Source: Gemmatimonas sp.
GTDB lineage: Bacteria > Gemmatimonadota > Gemmatimonadetes > Gemmatimonadales > Gemmatimonadaceae
Length of the DNA: 64,000 bases
Direction of reading: 5' to 3'
Assembly: GCA_031414535.1 (NCBI GenBank)
Contig: JANNVQ010000038.1
Span: 51,129-115,128 of the forward strand
Position 1 is the stretch's first letter. Every line of letters starts with the position of its first letter. The position numbers were made by a program, and so were the translations under genes. Shown here one piece after another: positions 44,618-52,880 of the stretch. A model generated the notes under the pieces. The model was not told the origin of the DNA and did no database searches. It was given only the letters and a program-made list of their open reading frames with translations.

Positions 44618-45435
44618 ACAGCGGCATACTCGCGCTCCTCAAGAGCTTCGATGACGGCCGCGACCGCGCGGAGTTCTATCGGGGATGGCGCATGGGGCTC
44701 GCGGCGGGGTTCTCGCACCCGATGATTCTGTCCAAGTCCATCGCGCGTGGTGGATTGGTTGGCGCCATTCGTGATCACCTGCTTGAGGGCACGAGCAAGG
44801 GCCAGGACATCGCGGCACTGGTGCGGAGTGGGGGGCGCTTCTTTGAGCCCTTCGAAGCCGCCCTTCTCGCAATGGGCGAAGAGAGCGGAAAACTCGAGGA
44901 GATGCTCACCCACCTCGCGGATTTCCATACGCGGCAGCACAAGATGATTCTCAAGGTGAAGAAGTGGCTGTCGTACCCACTCTTCGTGTCGCTCTTTGCC
45001 GTAGTGATCTTGCCCATCCCGCTGATTTTTCAGGGCAAGATGACGGCGTATTGGACCGCGACCATTATTGGCCTCGTGATGTGGTTCGTCTTCGGTGGCC
45101 TCGCGATTGGCCGCCTCGCGCAACGCTACCAGCGTCGGCCACAGTTCGTGCGGGCCCGCTTCGCGCGGACCCTCGCCCTGTGTATCGGCGCCGGCCTCCC
45201 GCTGCCCCGCTCGGTGATGCTCGCCGCGGACGCGTCGGGCGACCCTGCCCTCGCTCGGCACGTACGCCGCTTCGGTGAGCGCGTGCTGGCCAGCCAGCCC
45301 CTCACCCGCACGCTCGCCAACGCGCCGATGATGACGCCAGAGCTACAGGGGGCACTATTGGTGGCCGAGCGCACAGGCGATTACGCCGGACCCGTCGGGC
45401 GGCTGGCCGACCTATACGAGGACGGTTTCAAGTAG
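44614..45435 (+). CDS. Short T2SS-F (GspF/PilC/TadB-like) domain protein: two cytoplasmic T2SSF repeats, two TM helices
   Basis: GTG 44614 overlaps the MFS stop (GTGA). Repeat 1 is ...FEPFEAALLAMGEESGKLEEMLTHLADFH...WLSYPLFV. Repeat 2 is ...GAGLPLPRSVMLAADASGDPALARHV...MTPELQGALLVAERTGDYAGPVGRLADLYE. The call is by motif resemblance only. Confidence 0.55.
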   Translation: MNSGILALLKSFDDGRDRAEFYRGWRMGLAAGFSHPMILSKSIARGGLVGAIRDHLLEGTSKGQDIAALVRSGGRFFEPFEAALLAMGEESGKLEEMLTHLADFHTRQHKMILKVKKWLSYPLFVSLFAVVILPIPLIFQGKMTAYWTATIIGLVMWFVFGGLAIGRLAQRYQRRPQFVRARFARTLALCIGAGLPLPRSVMLAADASGDPALARHVRRFGERVLASQPLTRTLANAPMMTPELQGALLVAERTGDYAGPVGRLADLYEDGFK

Positions 45436-45444
45436 ATTTCTAGC

Positions 45445-47244
45445 GTGTCCCGAACGTCATCCCCAGCGCTCGGCGCAATTGCGCTGGCCACCTTTCTCAC
45501 GCTCGTCCCCATCACGCTTTTGGTCCCGGGGCTCACCGAGCTCGTGGTGGACCAGCATGGGGGCACGCGGTTTCAGGCCCATCTCTTTGTCTCGCTGAAC
45601 CAGCTGGCGGGCATCATCGCGGTCCCGATTGCGATGGCGCTGCACCGCCGCTGGCCGTACACGCGGCGCTGGGTTGTGGGCCTTCTCGCGGTGGACGCAG
45701 TGGCCTTCATCGGCATGGGCTTGGCCCCCACGCTCCAGGCTCTGTTTGCCTGGCGCGCGCTCGATGGCATGGCGCACCTGCCCGCGGTGACCTTCTTGAT
45801 GATTGCTGCCAACCGCAGCGGCGGTGAGCGCCGCGGCGCCACGCTGGGCCTCGTAGCGGGCGCGTTGATGGTCGGCGTGGGAGTAGGTGCGCCGCTGGGC
45901 GGCGTCCTCATCGATCAAGATCCGCTGAGCGTGTATCGCGTGGGGGCGGTGCTGCTATTGATGGCCGCGGCTGCCGGCGCGTTTTTACCACAGTTGTCAG
46001 CGCCGCGTGGGCCTGCGTCTCGCTACGAGTGGGACAGCCGTCGCCTGGTGAGTTGGATGCCCTTGGCGTATGGCTTTGCGGATCGATTTCTCATTGGCGT
46101 GTTCGTGTCCACCTTCACGCTCTTTCTCACAGAGGTACACGGTGTGGGAGCGGCGACGCGGGGGATGTTGATGTCGCTGTTTCTTTTGCCCTTCGCCGTG
46201 CTGTGCTGGCCGGCGGGTAAATTGGCTGACCGCATTGGTTGGTATTGGCCGCTGATCATTGCGAATGTGGCGTTTGGTTTTGTGTACGCCATGTATGGAT
46301 TTTTACCGCTCAAGTGGTTGCCGCTCGCGATGATGGTCAGCGGCGTGCTGAGTGCGCTGATGTTTGCGCCGAGCTTGGTGCTGGTGAGTGATTTCGCGCG
46401 ACGCGGTGCGGGCGAGGGATTGTTTGGGACGTTTCAGGTAGCGGGATCGTTCGGGTTCCTCGCGGGCCCCCTAGTCGGTGGCGTGCTGGTCGAAGTTCTG
46501 CGTGATGCCGATGGCGGTCCGGCTTGGGCCTGGATTTTTGCTGGTGTCGGCCTCTTGCTCTCAGTGAGTGGCTTGATCAGCGCACGCATTTTGGGGCCAC
46601 TCGCGAAGAGCGATGAGTTGCCTGATCCGCCGGGACGTCACGGCGGCATCGTGAATGTGCCGGTGCTTTCGCCGGCCGTGCCGCCACGCGGCAACGCGCT
46701 CATGCGGAAGCTCGCGACCGTCCTGATGCGCATCTCTGGATGGCGCTTCAGTGGCGTGCCGTTTCCCGACGAGCGCAAGATGGTGGTCATCGTCGCGCCG
46801 CACACCTCGAACTGGGACTTCCCCACCGGAATCATGGCGATGTACGCGATTGGGTTCCGCGTGACCTTCCTCGGCAAAGACACGCTGTTTCGCTTTCCGA
46901 TGGGCATCCTGATGCGTTGGCTCGGCGGACTGCCGGTGGATCGCTCCAGCAAGCAGGACGTGGTGACGCAGACGGCGGAGCTAGTGGCGAAGATGGACCG
47001 CGTAGTGATCGCGCTGGCCCCGGAAGGCACGCGCAAGGCGACGCCGCGGTGGCGCAGCGGCTTTTGGTGGATTGCGCATAAGGCGCAGGTCCCCATCGTG
47101 CCGGTGGCCTTTGATTTCAGGACACGTGAGATCGTGATTCACCCGCCGATGCGCACGACCGGTGATTCTGATAAGGACATCGCAGCACTCCGTGCACTCT
47201 ACGTGCCGGAGATGGCCTATGACCCGAGGAAGTACATCCCATGA
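45445..47244 (+). CDS. MFS transporter fused to a C-terminal PlsC-type lysophospholipid acyltransferase domain
   Basis: The N-terminal ~400 aa form about 12 TM helices. The C-terminal domain carries acyltransferase motif I HTSNWD (HxxxxD), FLGKDTLF, and motif III ALAPEGTRK. Confidence 0.8.
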   Translation: MSRTSSPALGAIALATFLTLVPITLLVPGLTELVVDQHGGTRFQAHLFVSLNQLAGIIAVPIAMALHRRWPYTRRWVVGLLAVDAVAFIGMGLAPTLQALFAWRALDGMAHLPAVTFLMIAANRSGGERRGATLGLVAGALMVGVGVGAPLGGVLIDQDPLSVYRVGAVLLLMAAAAGAFLPQLSAPRGPASRYEWDSRRLVSWMPLAYGFADRFLIGVFVSTFTLFLTEVHGVGAATRGMLMSLFLLPFAVLCWPAGKLADRIGWYWPLIIANVAFGFVYAMYGFLPLKWLPLAMMVSGVLSALMFAPSLVLVSDFARRGAGEGLFGTFQVAGSFGFLAGPLVGGVLVEVLRDADGGPAWAWIFAGVGLLLSVSGLISARILGPLAKSDELPDPPGRHGGIVNVPVLSPAVPPRGNALMRKLATVLMRISGWRFSGVPFPDERKMVVIVAPHTSNWDFPTGIMAMYAIGFRVTFLGKDTLFRFPMGILMRWLGGLPVDRSSKQDVVTQTAELVAKMDRVVIALAPEGTRKATPRWRSGFWWIAHKAQVPIVPVAFDFRTREIVIHPPMRTTGDSDKDIAALRALYVPEMAYDPRKYIP

Positions 47245-48071
47245 CGACCCGACGCGACGTAGTGATGGCGATGGCGGCTGCTGGGCTGGGCGCAGTGTTG
47301 CCACGCCAGTTGCGCGCTGATCCGCTGGGGGGCGTGGGCATTCAGCTGTACACGCTTCGTGCGCAGATGCAGCAGGACCCGCTGCGCACGCTCGAGCGCA
47401 TTGGGCAGATCGGCTATACGGAGATTGAGTGGTGGGGCGAGTTTGGTCGTACGCCTGCGCAGTTACGCTCCCTGTTGGATGCCAATGGCTTGTCGAGCCC
47501 ATCCTGGCACCTTGATCCGCGGCTCTTAGAGCCGGCGCAGCTGGGCGCCACGCTGGATACGGCCGCGATTATGGGGCACAAGCACCTCATCGTCGCGTGG
47601 TTGCCGCCAGGCCAGCGTTCGCAGGACTCCATCAAGCGCGTTGCCGACCTCTTGAATGCGGCTGGTGAGCGCGGCGCGAGCGTGGGTGTGCGAACGGGAT
47701 ATCACAACCACGACTTTGAGTTTGCAGGTGCTGAGGGGAACACCTTGTGGGACGCGATCGTGGGCCACACGGATTCGCGCTACGTGGATCTGGAACTCGA
47801 CTGTTACTGGGCCTTTAAGGCGGGGCACGATCCCGTCGCGCTGCTGCGGGACTTGAAGGACCGCATCACGCATTTGCATCTGAAGGATTCGCTGGCGGGG
47901 CCCGCGTTTACGCAGGTGGATTTGGGTGAAGGCGTGATTGATTGGCGCAGCGTGTTGTCGGTGGCGACGGCGGGCCGCGTGAAGCATGTGTTCGTGGAAC
48001 ACGACGGGCCGGTGGATCCGTGGGTGACGGCGGAAGTTGGGCGGCGGCATCTGCGGGGGCTTGGGTTCTAG
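47241..48071 (+). CDS. Sugar phosphate isomerase/epimerase (xylose isomerase-like TIM barrel) with Tat-type signal
   Basis: The N-terminus is MTTRRDVVMAMAAAGLGAVLP (twin-Arg). GYTEIEW, YHNHDFEF and HLHLKD are typical of the AP_endonuc_2/TIM family. An ATGA overlap joins it to the upstream gene. Confidence 0.8.
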   Translation: MTTRRDVVMAMAAAGLGAVLPRQLRADPLGGVGIQLYTLRAQMQQDPLRTLERIGQIGYTEIEWWGEFGRTPAQLRSLLDANGLSSPSWHLDPRLLEPAQLGATLDTAAIMGHKHLIVAWLPPGQRSQDSIKRVADLLNAAGERGASVGVRTGYHNHDFEFAGAEGNTLWDAIVGHTDSRYVDLELDCYWAFKAGHDPVALLRDLKDRITHLHLKDSLAGPAFTQVDLGEGVIDWRSVLSVATAGRVKHVFVEHDGPVDPWVTAEVGRRHLRGLGF

Positions 48072-48125
48072 CCCTTCACCGCCCACCTCACGTTCATCCC
48101 TGTAGATTCTTCAGTCCCCTATCGC

Positions 48126-48139
48126 ACATTCTAGAATGT
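48126..48139. promoter_or_regulatory. Perfect 14-bp palindrome ACATTCTAGAATGT overlapping the methyltransferase start codon
   Basis: Read directly. The ATG at 48136-48138 lies inside the right half-site. The surrounding ~60 nt are conspicuously AT-richer than the rest of the window. Confidence 0.4.
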
Positions 48140-48954
48140 CATCTTCACCTTCATCGAAAGTCGCCGTGACCGCTTGCCCTGCCTGCGATGCGACCGCCGC
48201 AGTACCCGACCCGTTCTACTACCTCTGGCACGGCAACGAGTACGTCATCCATCGCTGCCGCGCCTGTACCCATCAGTTCGTTCATCCCTCGATTAGTGCA
48301 GCGGATCAGGCAGACATGTATAGCGACCACTACTTCTCTGCGGGCGGAGATTGGGTCTGCGGAATGTTTGAGGGGAGCTACTCCGATGCCGAAGCCGAGA
48401 TTCGTAAAGAGGCGCACGAAGTGCTTGCGTACATTCCGGAGGCGAGTGGGAATCTCCTAGACATCGGCTGCGCCGGCGGAGTCTTTCTCGACGAAGCCCG
48501 GAAGAAGGGCTTCATCGTGTCCGGCATTGAACTCAACGCCACGCAGGCGGAGTCAGCCCGCACGCGGTTCTCCCTGCCCGTGATGACAGGACGCATCGAG
48601 GATGTGCCGGCGGACAAGTGGAAAGCAGAATTTGACGTCGTGACGCTGATGGACTGTCTTGAGCACCTTCCCCGCCCGCTTGATGCCTTTCGGAAGGTGG
48701 CCGAGTGGACGCGGCCCGGCGCCGTCGTCTTCATTCGGGGACCTCTCGTCAACGACCCTGTCGGCTCTCTCAAAGAGAGTCTGCGTCGTCTCGTGTGGAA
48801 ACGAAAGCAACTCCCGGGTTACCCACTCGACGCCAACATCTTCAATCGCCGCTCTTTGGCGGTGATGCTAGATCGCGCTGGGTTCGACGTAGAGAACTGG
48901 GTCTCGTCCACGAAAACGTTCGCCAACGTGATCGTGCGGCGGCGCAGGAGCTAA
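48136..48954 (+). CDS. Class I SAM-dependent methyltransferase with N-terminal Cys4 zinc-ribbon-like motif
   Basis: CPACD...CRACTH forms the ribbon. The SAM motif I is LLDIGCAGGVF and the post-I motif is GIELN. DVVTLMDCLEHLP is also present. Confidence 0.8.
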   Translation: MSSSPSSKVAVTACPACDATAAVPDPFYYLWHGNEYVIHRCRACTHQFVHPSISAADQADMYSDHYFSAGGDWVCGMFEGSYSDAEAEIRKEAHEVLAYIPEASGNLLDIGCAGGVFLDEARKKGFIVSGIELNATQAESARTRFSLPVMTGRIEDVPADKWKAEFDVVTLMDCLEHLPRPLDAFRKVAEWTRPGAVVFIRGPLVNDPVGSLKESLRRLVWKRKQLPGYPLDANIFNRRSLAVMLDRAGFDVENWVSSTKTFANVIVRRRRS

Positions 48955-48972
48955 GCCGCGACGGGCTTGTGC

Positions 48973-49851
48973 CTACGGGGTCACCAGCACAAACTCCCGC
49001 ACGCGCCGCACAATCTCGCTACCGTTGCGATTAGTCCTCGCGAACGCCCCCACGGAAACCCCGTGGGTCCCGTCCACCCACAGCGTATCGAACGACACCC
49101 CGACCTCGCCAAGCCGCTTGGCGAGTGAGTGCGTGTTGCGGGGATTCACCGTGCGATCATCACGTCCCATGACGAGCAACGTGCGCAGCGATTGACCCGT
49201 CACGAAGTGCACCGGGAGCGCATCGTATTCCTGCTCCGGCGTGCCGGAGAATGTGCGCTTCAAGAGGGGAGTATCGAAAATAAAATCGTAGGGGCCCGAG
49301 AGCCCCACGAAGCCCGAGAAGACCTGCGGAGTGAGTCCGTATGCAGCGAGGTAACGGGCGTCGTAGGCGACAAGCGCCGCGATGTGGGCACCAGCGCTGT
49401 GACCCATCAGTACCACGCGCGAGGTGTCGCCGCCCCAGAGCGGAATCTTCTTGTAGGCGTCCGCCACCGCATGCGCGGCATCGTCCACGAACCCGGGGAA
49501 GCGACGATCGGGCATCAACCCGTAGTTGGGAAGCACAGCAATGACTCCCTGTGCCGCCAATGCCTGCCCCACCCAGCGGTAGGAGTGCTTATCGCCAGTC
49601 TCCCAACTTCCACCGTGCACGAAGAACACCACCGGAACTGCGGCGCCGGGTACCCTGCCCTCAGACGCGACTGGTCGGTACACGTCATACCTCTGGCGCA
49701 GGCCACTGCCGTACGCGATTTCCACGACCGGCACATCGCCGTTCTCGACGAGATTGGCGGCGCCGAGTAGAACCGACGTGCACCCGCCAAGAGACAGCTG
49801 GGCGGCAATCGCCACCGTGGCAAGCAAGGAGCGCATGAATCGCTGAGGCAT
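48973..49851 (-). CDS. Alpha/beta hydrolase (esterase/lipase), lipoprotein signal
   Basis: The lipobox is LSLGGC. The oxyanion motif is FFVHGGSW and the nucleophile elbow is GHSAGAH. Confidence 0.8.
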   Translation of the reverse strand: MPQRFMRSLLATVAIAAQLSLGGCTSVLLGAANLVENGDVPVVEIAYGSGLRQRYDVYRPVASEGRVPGAAVPVVFFVHGGSWETGDKHSYRWVGQALAAQGVIAVLPNYGLMPDRRFPGFVDDAAHAVADAYKKIPLWGGDTSRVVLMGHSAGAHIAALVAYDARYLAAYGLTPQVFSGFVGLSGPYDFIFDTPLLKRTFSGTPEQEYDALPVHFVTGQSLRTLLVMGRDDRTVNPRNTHSLAKRLGEVGVSFDTLWVDGTHGVSVGAFARTNRNGSEIVRRVREFVLVTP

Positions 49852-49892
49852 CTACCACCAACGCCGCGATACACGTATCGGTTCGCGATTAA

Positions 49893-51863
49893 TCAGGGCT
49901 TGGGAATGTCGATTGCCGGATTCCGCGCGAAGAATCCCACCGGCCTGATTTCGAAACTGTGTTTCGCCACCGGCATCAGCGGCCAGTCCTCAGGACGCGG
50001 CACGTGATGGAAGCCCATCGTCACCCAAGCCACCAAGTCTTGGTTGATGATGGACTCGTTGTTGGCCGTGAACGCCGGTAATCCTTCGCCAGCGGGATGT
50101 ACGGTGGGATAGTCGCCGGAGGCGTAGAGCTGGCGGCGGTCATACGGCGTGACCCAGAGCATGTGCTCGGTAAATGCGCCGCGCTGGAGCATGTAGTCGT
50201 CAGCGGCCAAGAGGGGCATGGCGCTGTGGCTGTCAATCTGGTAGCCAACAAAACCACTGTACGGGCCACGCACACCTGGATTCACAAAGCGCCAGAGTTC
50301 CGGTGCCGCCATGGTGGACATGCGCATCCCCTCGCGCTCGTTGCGCGCTTCCACCGTCTCGGCGGTCCAAACGCTACGCCGCGGGTTCTCGGCGGGCAGG
50401 CGCTGGGTGCGCAACCGGTCCACGTGCAAGGAGTTGGATGTCCCATCCACATCGAGGTCAACGCGGAATGAGAAGAAGTGACTGTGGTTCATGCCCACGC
50501 GTCCCGGCGCGATGAGCCGACCATACTGCTCATCCACGGCTGTACCCGAGGCAGTCTTGGTGGCGTCCATACCAGTGGCCGAGGCGTCCATCTTGATTGT
50601 GCCGTCCTGCTGGAAGACCCAATCGAAGAGGTAGTCGTAGTTTCCGGCTGTCATGAACATGCGCAGCACGAGGTCGGTCTTGGGCCGGGCCTCGATGCTG
50701 TTGCCGCGCTCGCGGCCATGCCGCCAGGCGACGTCGCCGGCGTTGCGCTCAAACAGGCAGGCCGCCCGCTGCCGCATCCGGGGCATCCCGCTGGGCGTGA
50801 CCACCCAGGCATCGAAATAGGTGGCATACTCGGGACATTCCACACCGCGCTCGAGCGAGCTCGCAATGCCGCCGAATATTCCCGTGTACGTGCCGAGGTC
50901 AAAGAAGCCTTGATAGTTCCACGGCGCGTTGGCATCCATGTATGGCACGAAGAGTTCGGAGAGCGAACCCTGATACATGATGGAGCGGTCACGCCCGCCG
51001 TCCGCGTAGCGCACCTGCGACACCACCACCCCTCGACGCGGATCCACGCGGAACTGGAACTTCCAGTTCTGCCAGCTCACCTGCTGTCCGTTGAGCGTGT
51101 AGCTCGGGCCATCCGGCTGCACCATCGTCACGCGGTTTGGAGCCTCTCGCGTGGGGCCGATGGCCTCGGGATCATAGTTGCCGAACGCGCCGCTTGACGG
51201 CCGCACGCCAGTGTCAATCACGCGAAGCACCTTCTCGTCCGTGAGGTCCACCACGGCCACGAGTCCCTCAAAATCCTCACCGTAGCCGAGCACACGTCCG
51301 CGATCGTTGCCGCACATAACGTGCACGACACGGCGCTCGCGCTCTTCGGGCAGATCGAAGTATCCGTGATTGGCCGGGAAGCAGCCTACCAAGGTGAAGT
51401 CGGCGACTCCGCGCTTGCGAATGCCTTCGCGCATGCGCGCGTCGGCAAGTGTGAGCCGTTCCGCCATCGCGGCTTCGGCATCGTTGATCATGTAGCGCTG
51501 GCCAGGCGCGTCGCTCCACGAAAGAACCGACTTGGCATTGATGTTGATCACGGCCTCGAAACCGCGTCCGCCCTGCGTGCCGTGAACGAGCGCCTCGCGA
51601 CGGAAGGGCTGGCCACTGCGCCAGGCCATCACCTCCGCCTTGGGCGCTTCGTTGAGCCCCACGTATAGGTACTGGGTGGTGCTGTCCGTGCGACCAGACG
51701 CCACGAGTGCATCGCGGACAATCCAATGCTCGCGCGCTGACAGACCATCGAGCGGATGCGAAGGAGCTTGAGCGCTGGCAATCGGTGCCAGCGCGAATAG
51801 GGCTGCGAGGGCCTTGAACAGACGGAGCATGGCTGCATCCAAAGTCGGGGGGACGCGTCTCAA
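49893..51863 (-). CDS. Copper-containing primary amine oxidase (TPQ enzyme)
   Basis: The TPQ consensus TAGNYDY is present, and the C-terminal catalytic domain carries His ligands (NHSHFF, MGFHHVPRPEDWP). The start may be the internal M at 51830 (MLRLFKALAALFALAPIASAQ signal). Confidence 0.9.
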   Translation of the reverse strand: MRRVPPTLDAAMLRLFKALAALFALAPIASAQAPSHPLDGLSAREHWIVRDALVASGRTDSTTQYLYVGLNEAPKAEVMAWRSGQPFRREALVHGTQGGRGFEAVININAKSVLSWSDAPGQRYMINDAEAAMAERLTLADARMREGIRKRGVADFTLVGCFPANHGYFDLPEERERRVVHVMCGNDRGRVLGYGEDFEGLVAVVDLTDEKVLRVIDTGVRPSSGAFGNYDPEAIGPTREAPNRVTMVQPDGPSYTLNGQQVSWQNWKFQFRVDPRRGVVVSQVRYADGGRDRSIMYQGSLSELFVPYMDANAPWNYQGFFDLGTYTGIFGGIASSLERGVECPEYATYFDAWVVTPSGMPRMRQRAACLFERNAGDVAWRHGRERGNSIEARPKTDLVLRMFMTAGNYDYLFDWVFQQDGTIKMDASATGMDATKTASGTAVDEQYGRLIAPGRVGMNHSHFFSFRVDLDVDGTSNSLHVDRLRTQRLPAENPRRSVWTAETVEARNEREGMRMSTMAAPELWRFVNPGVRGPYSGFVGYQIDSHSAMPLLAADDYMLQRGAFTEHMLWVTPYDRRQLYASGDYPTVHPAGEGLPAFTANNESIINQDLVAWVTMGFHHVPRPEDWPLMPVAKHSFEIRPVGFFARNPAIDIPKP

Positions 51864-51986
51864 GAGGGGAAACGCCTAGCGAAGCTATCGCGCAGGGGAT
51901 GAATGCGCCAACCGAGCGGCTACCCGAGCGCCCCGCCTGCTCCGCTCCATCGGCTCGGCACTCAATTCCGGTGCATCTTTGTGGAC

Positions 51987-52862
51987 ATGATCACCACCCC
52001 ATCAAGCCCTGCGCAGGTGGCTGCAGTTTTGGCTCTCGTACTCGCAAGCGCGGCGTCACTGCAAGCGCAGAGTGCACCTGTGGCATTTACGCAGGTGGCG
52101 GATTCAGCCCGCCTTGCACCGGCTGCCGACATTCGCCTCAACTACGGCAGTGCAACGGCACAGTTTGCTGAGTTGCGATTACCGAGCGGCGCGGGCCCGC
52201 ATCCCGTGGTGTTTCTCCTTCACGGCGGTTGCTGGCTCAACGCCTACGGACTGGGTCACGTGGCAGGAATCGCCGAGTCTGTGCGCCAGAATGGAATCGC
52301 CGTGTTCGCCCCCGAATATCGACGCGTCGGCGACGAGGGCGCGGGCTACCCTGAGACGTTTAGCGATGTCCGTACCGCCTTTGACTCACTGCTCGCCATT
52401 GCGCCGCGTCACAATCTCGACGTTTCTCGCATCGTGCTGATGGGCCATTCAGCTGGTGGTCAGCTCGCGCTCTGGTTGGCGAGCGAGGCGCATGTTCGTG
52501 TGGAGGCGGTCATCGCGCTCGCCGCGGTGACGGACCTCGCGGCCTTCGCGGCGCCTACAGGTTGCGGAGCAGCGGTGCATCGGCTCATGGGCGGCACGGC
52601 CGAGGCTCTTGCGGAGCGCTATGAGTCGGCGTCGCCAGTGACACGTCCTGCTCCAGCGGCGAACACGCCAGTGCTGCTCGTCGCGGCCGATGGAGATCGC
52701 ACGGTGCCACCTGCGCAGGCAGATGCCTACGTCGCCAAGTTCCCCGGCACAACGGTAGAACACGTGCCAGGAGGACACTTCGATTTGGTGGCGCCATGGA
52801 CTCCAGCTTGGGCCCGCGTGCTAGCGCTCACGACCGAGCGGCTCCGCGGGCCAAAGCACTAG
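51987..52862 (+). CDS. Alpha/beta hydrolase (esterase), secreted
   Basis: Start taken at MITTPSSPAQVAAVLALVLASAASLQAQ. FLLHGGCW and GHSAGG motifs are present. Confidence 0.75.
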   Translation: MITTPSSPAQVAAVLALVLASAASLQAQSAPVAFTQVADSARLAPAADIRLNYGSATAQFAELRLPSGAGPHPVVFLLHGGCWLNAYGLGHVAGIAESVRQNGIAVFAPEYRRVGDEGAGYPETFSDVRTAFDSLLAIAPRHNLDVSRIVLMGHSAGGQLALWLASEAHVRVEAVIALAAVTDLAAFAAPTGCGAAVHRLMGGTAEALAERYESASPVTRPAPAANTPVLLVAADGDRTVPPAQADAYVAKFPGTTVEHVPGGHFDLVAPWTPAWARVLALTTERLRGPKH

Positions 52863-52880
52863 CCAGCCGCGAGCGTCAAC

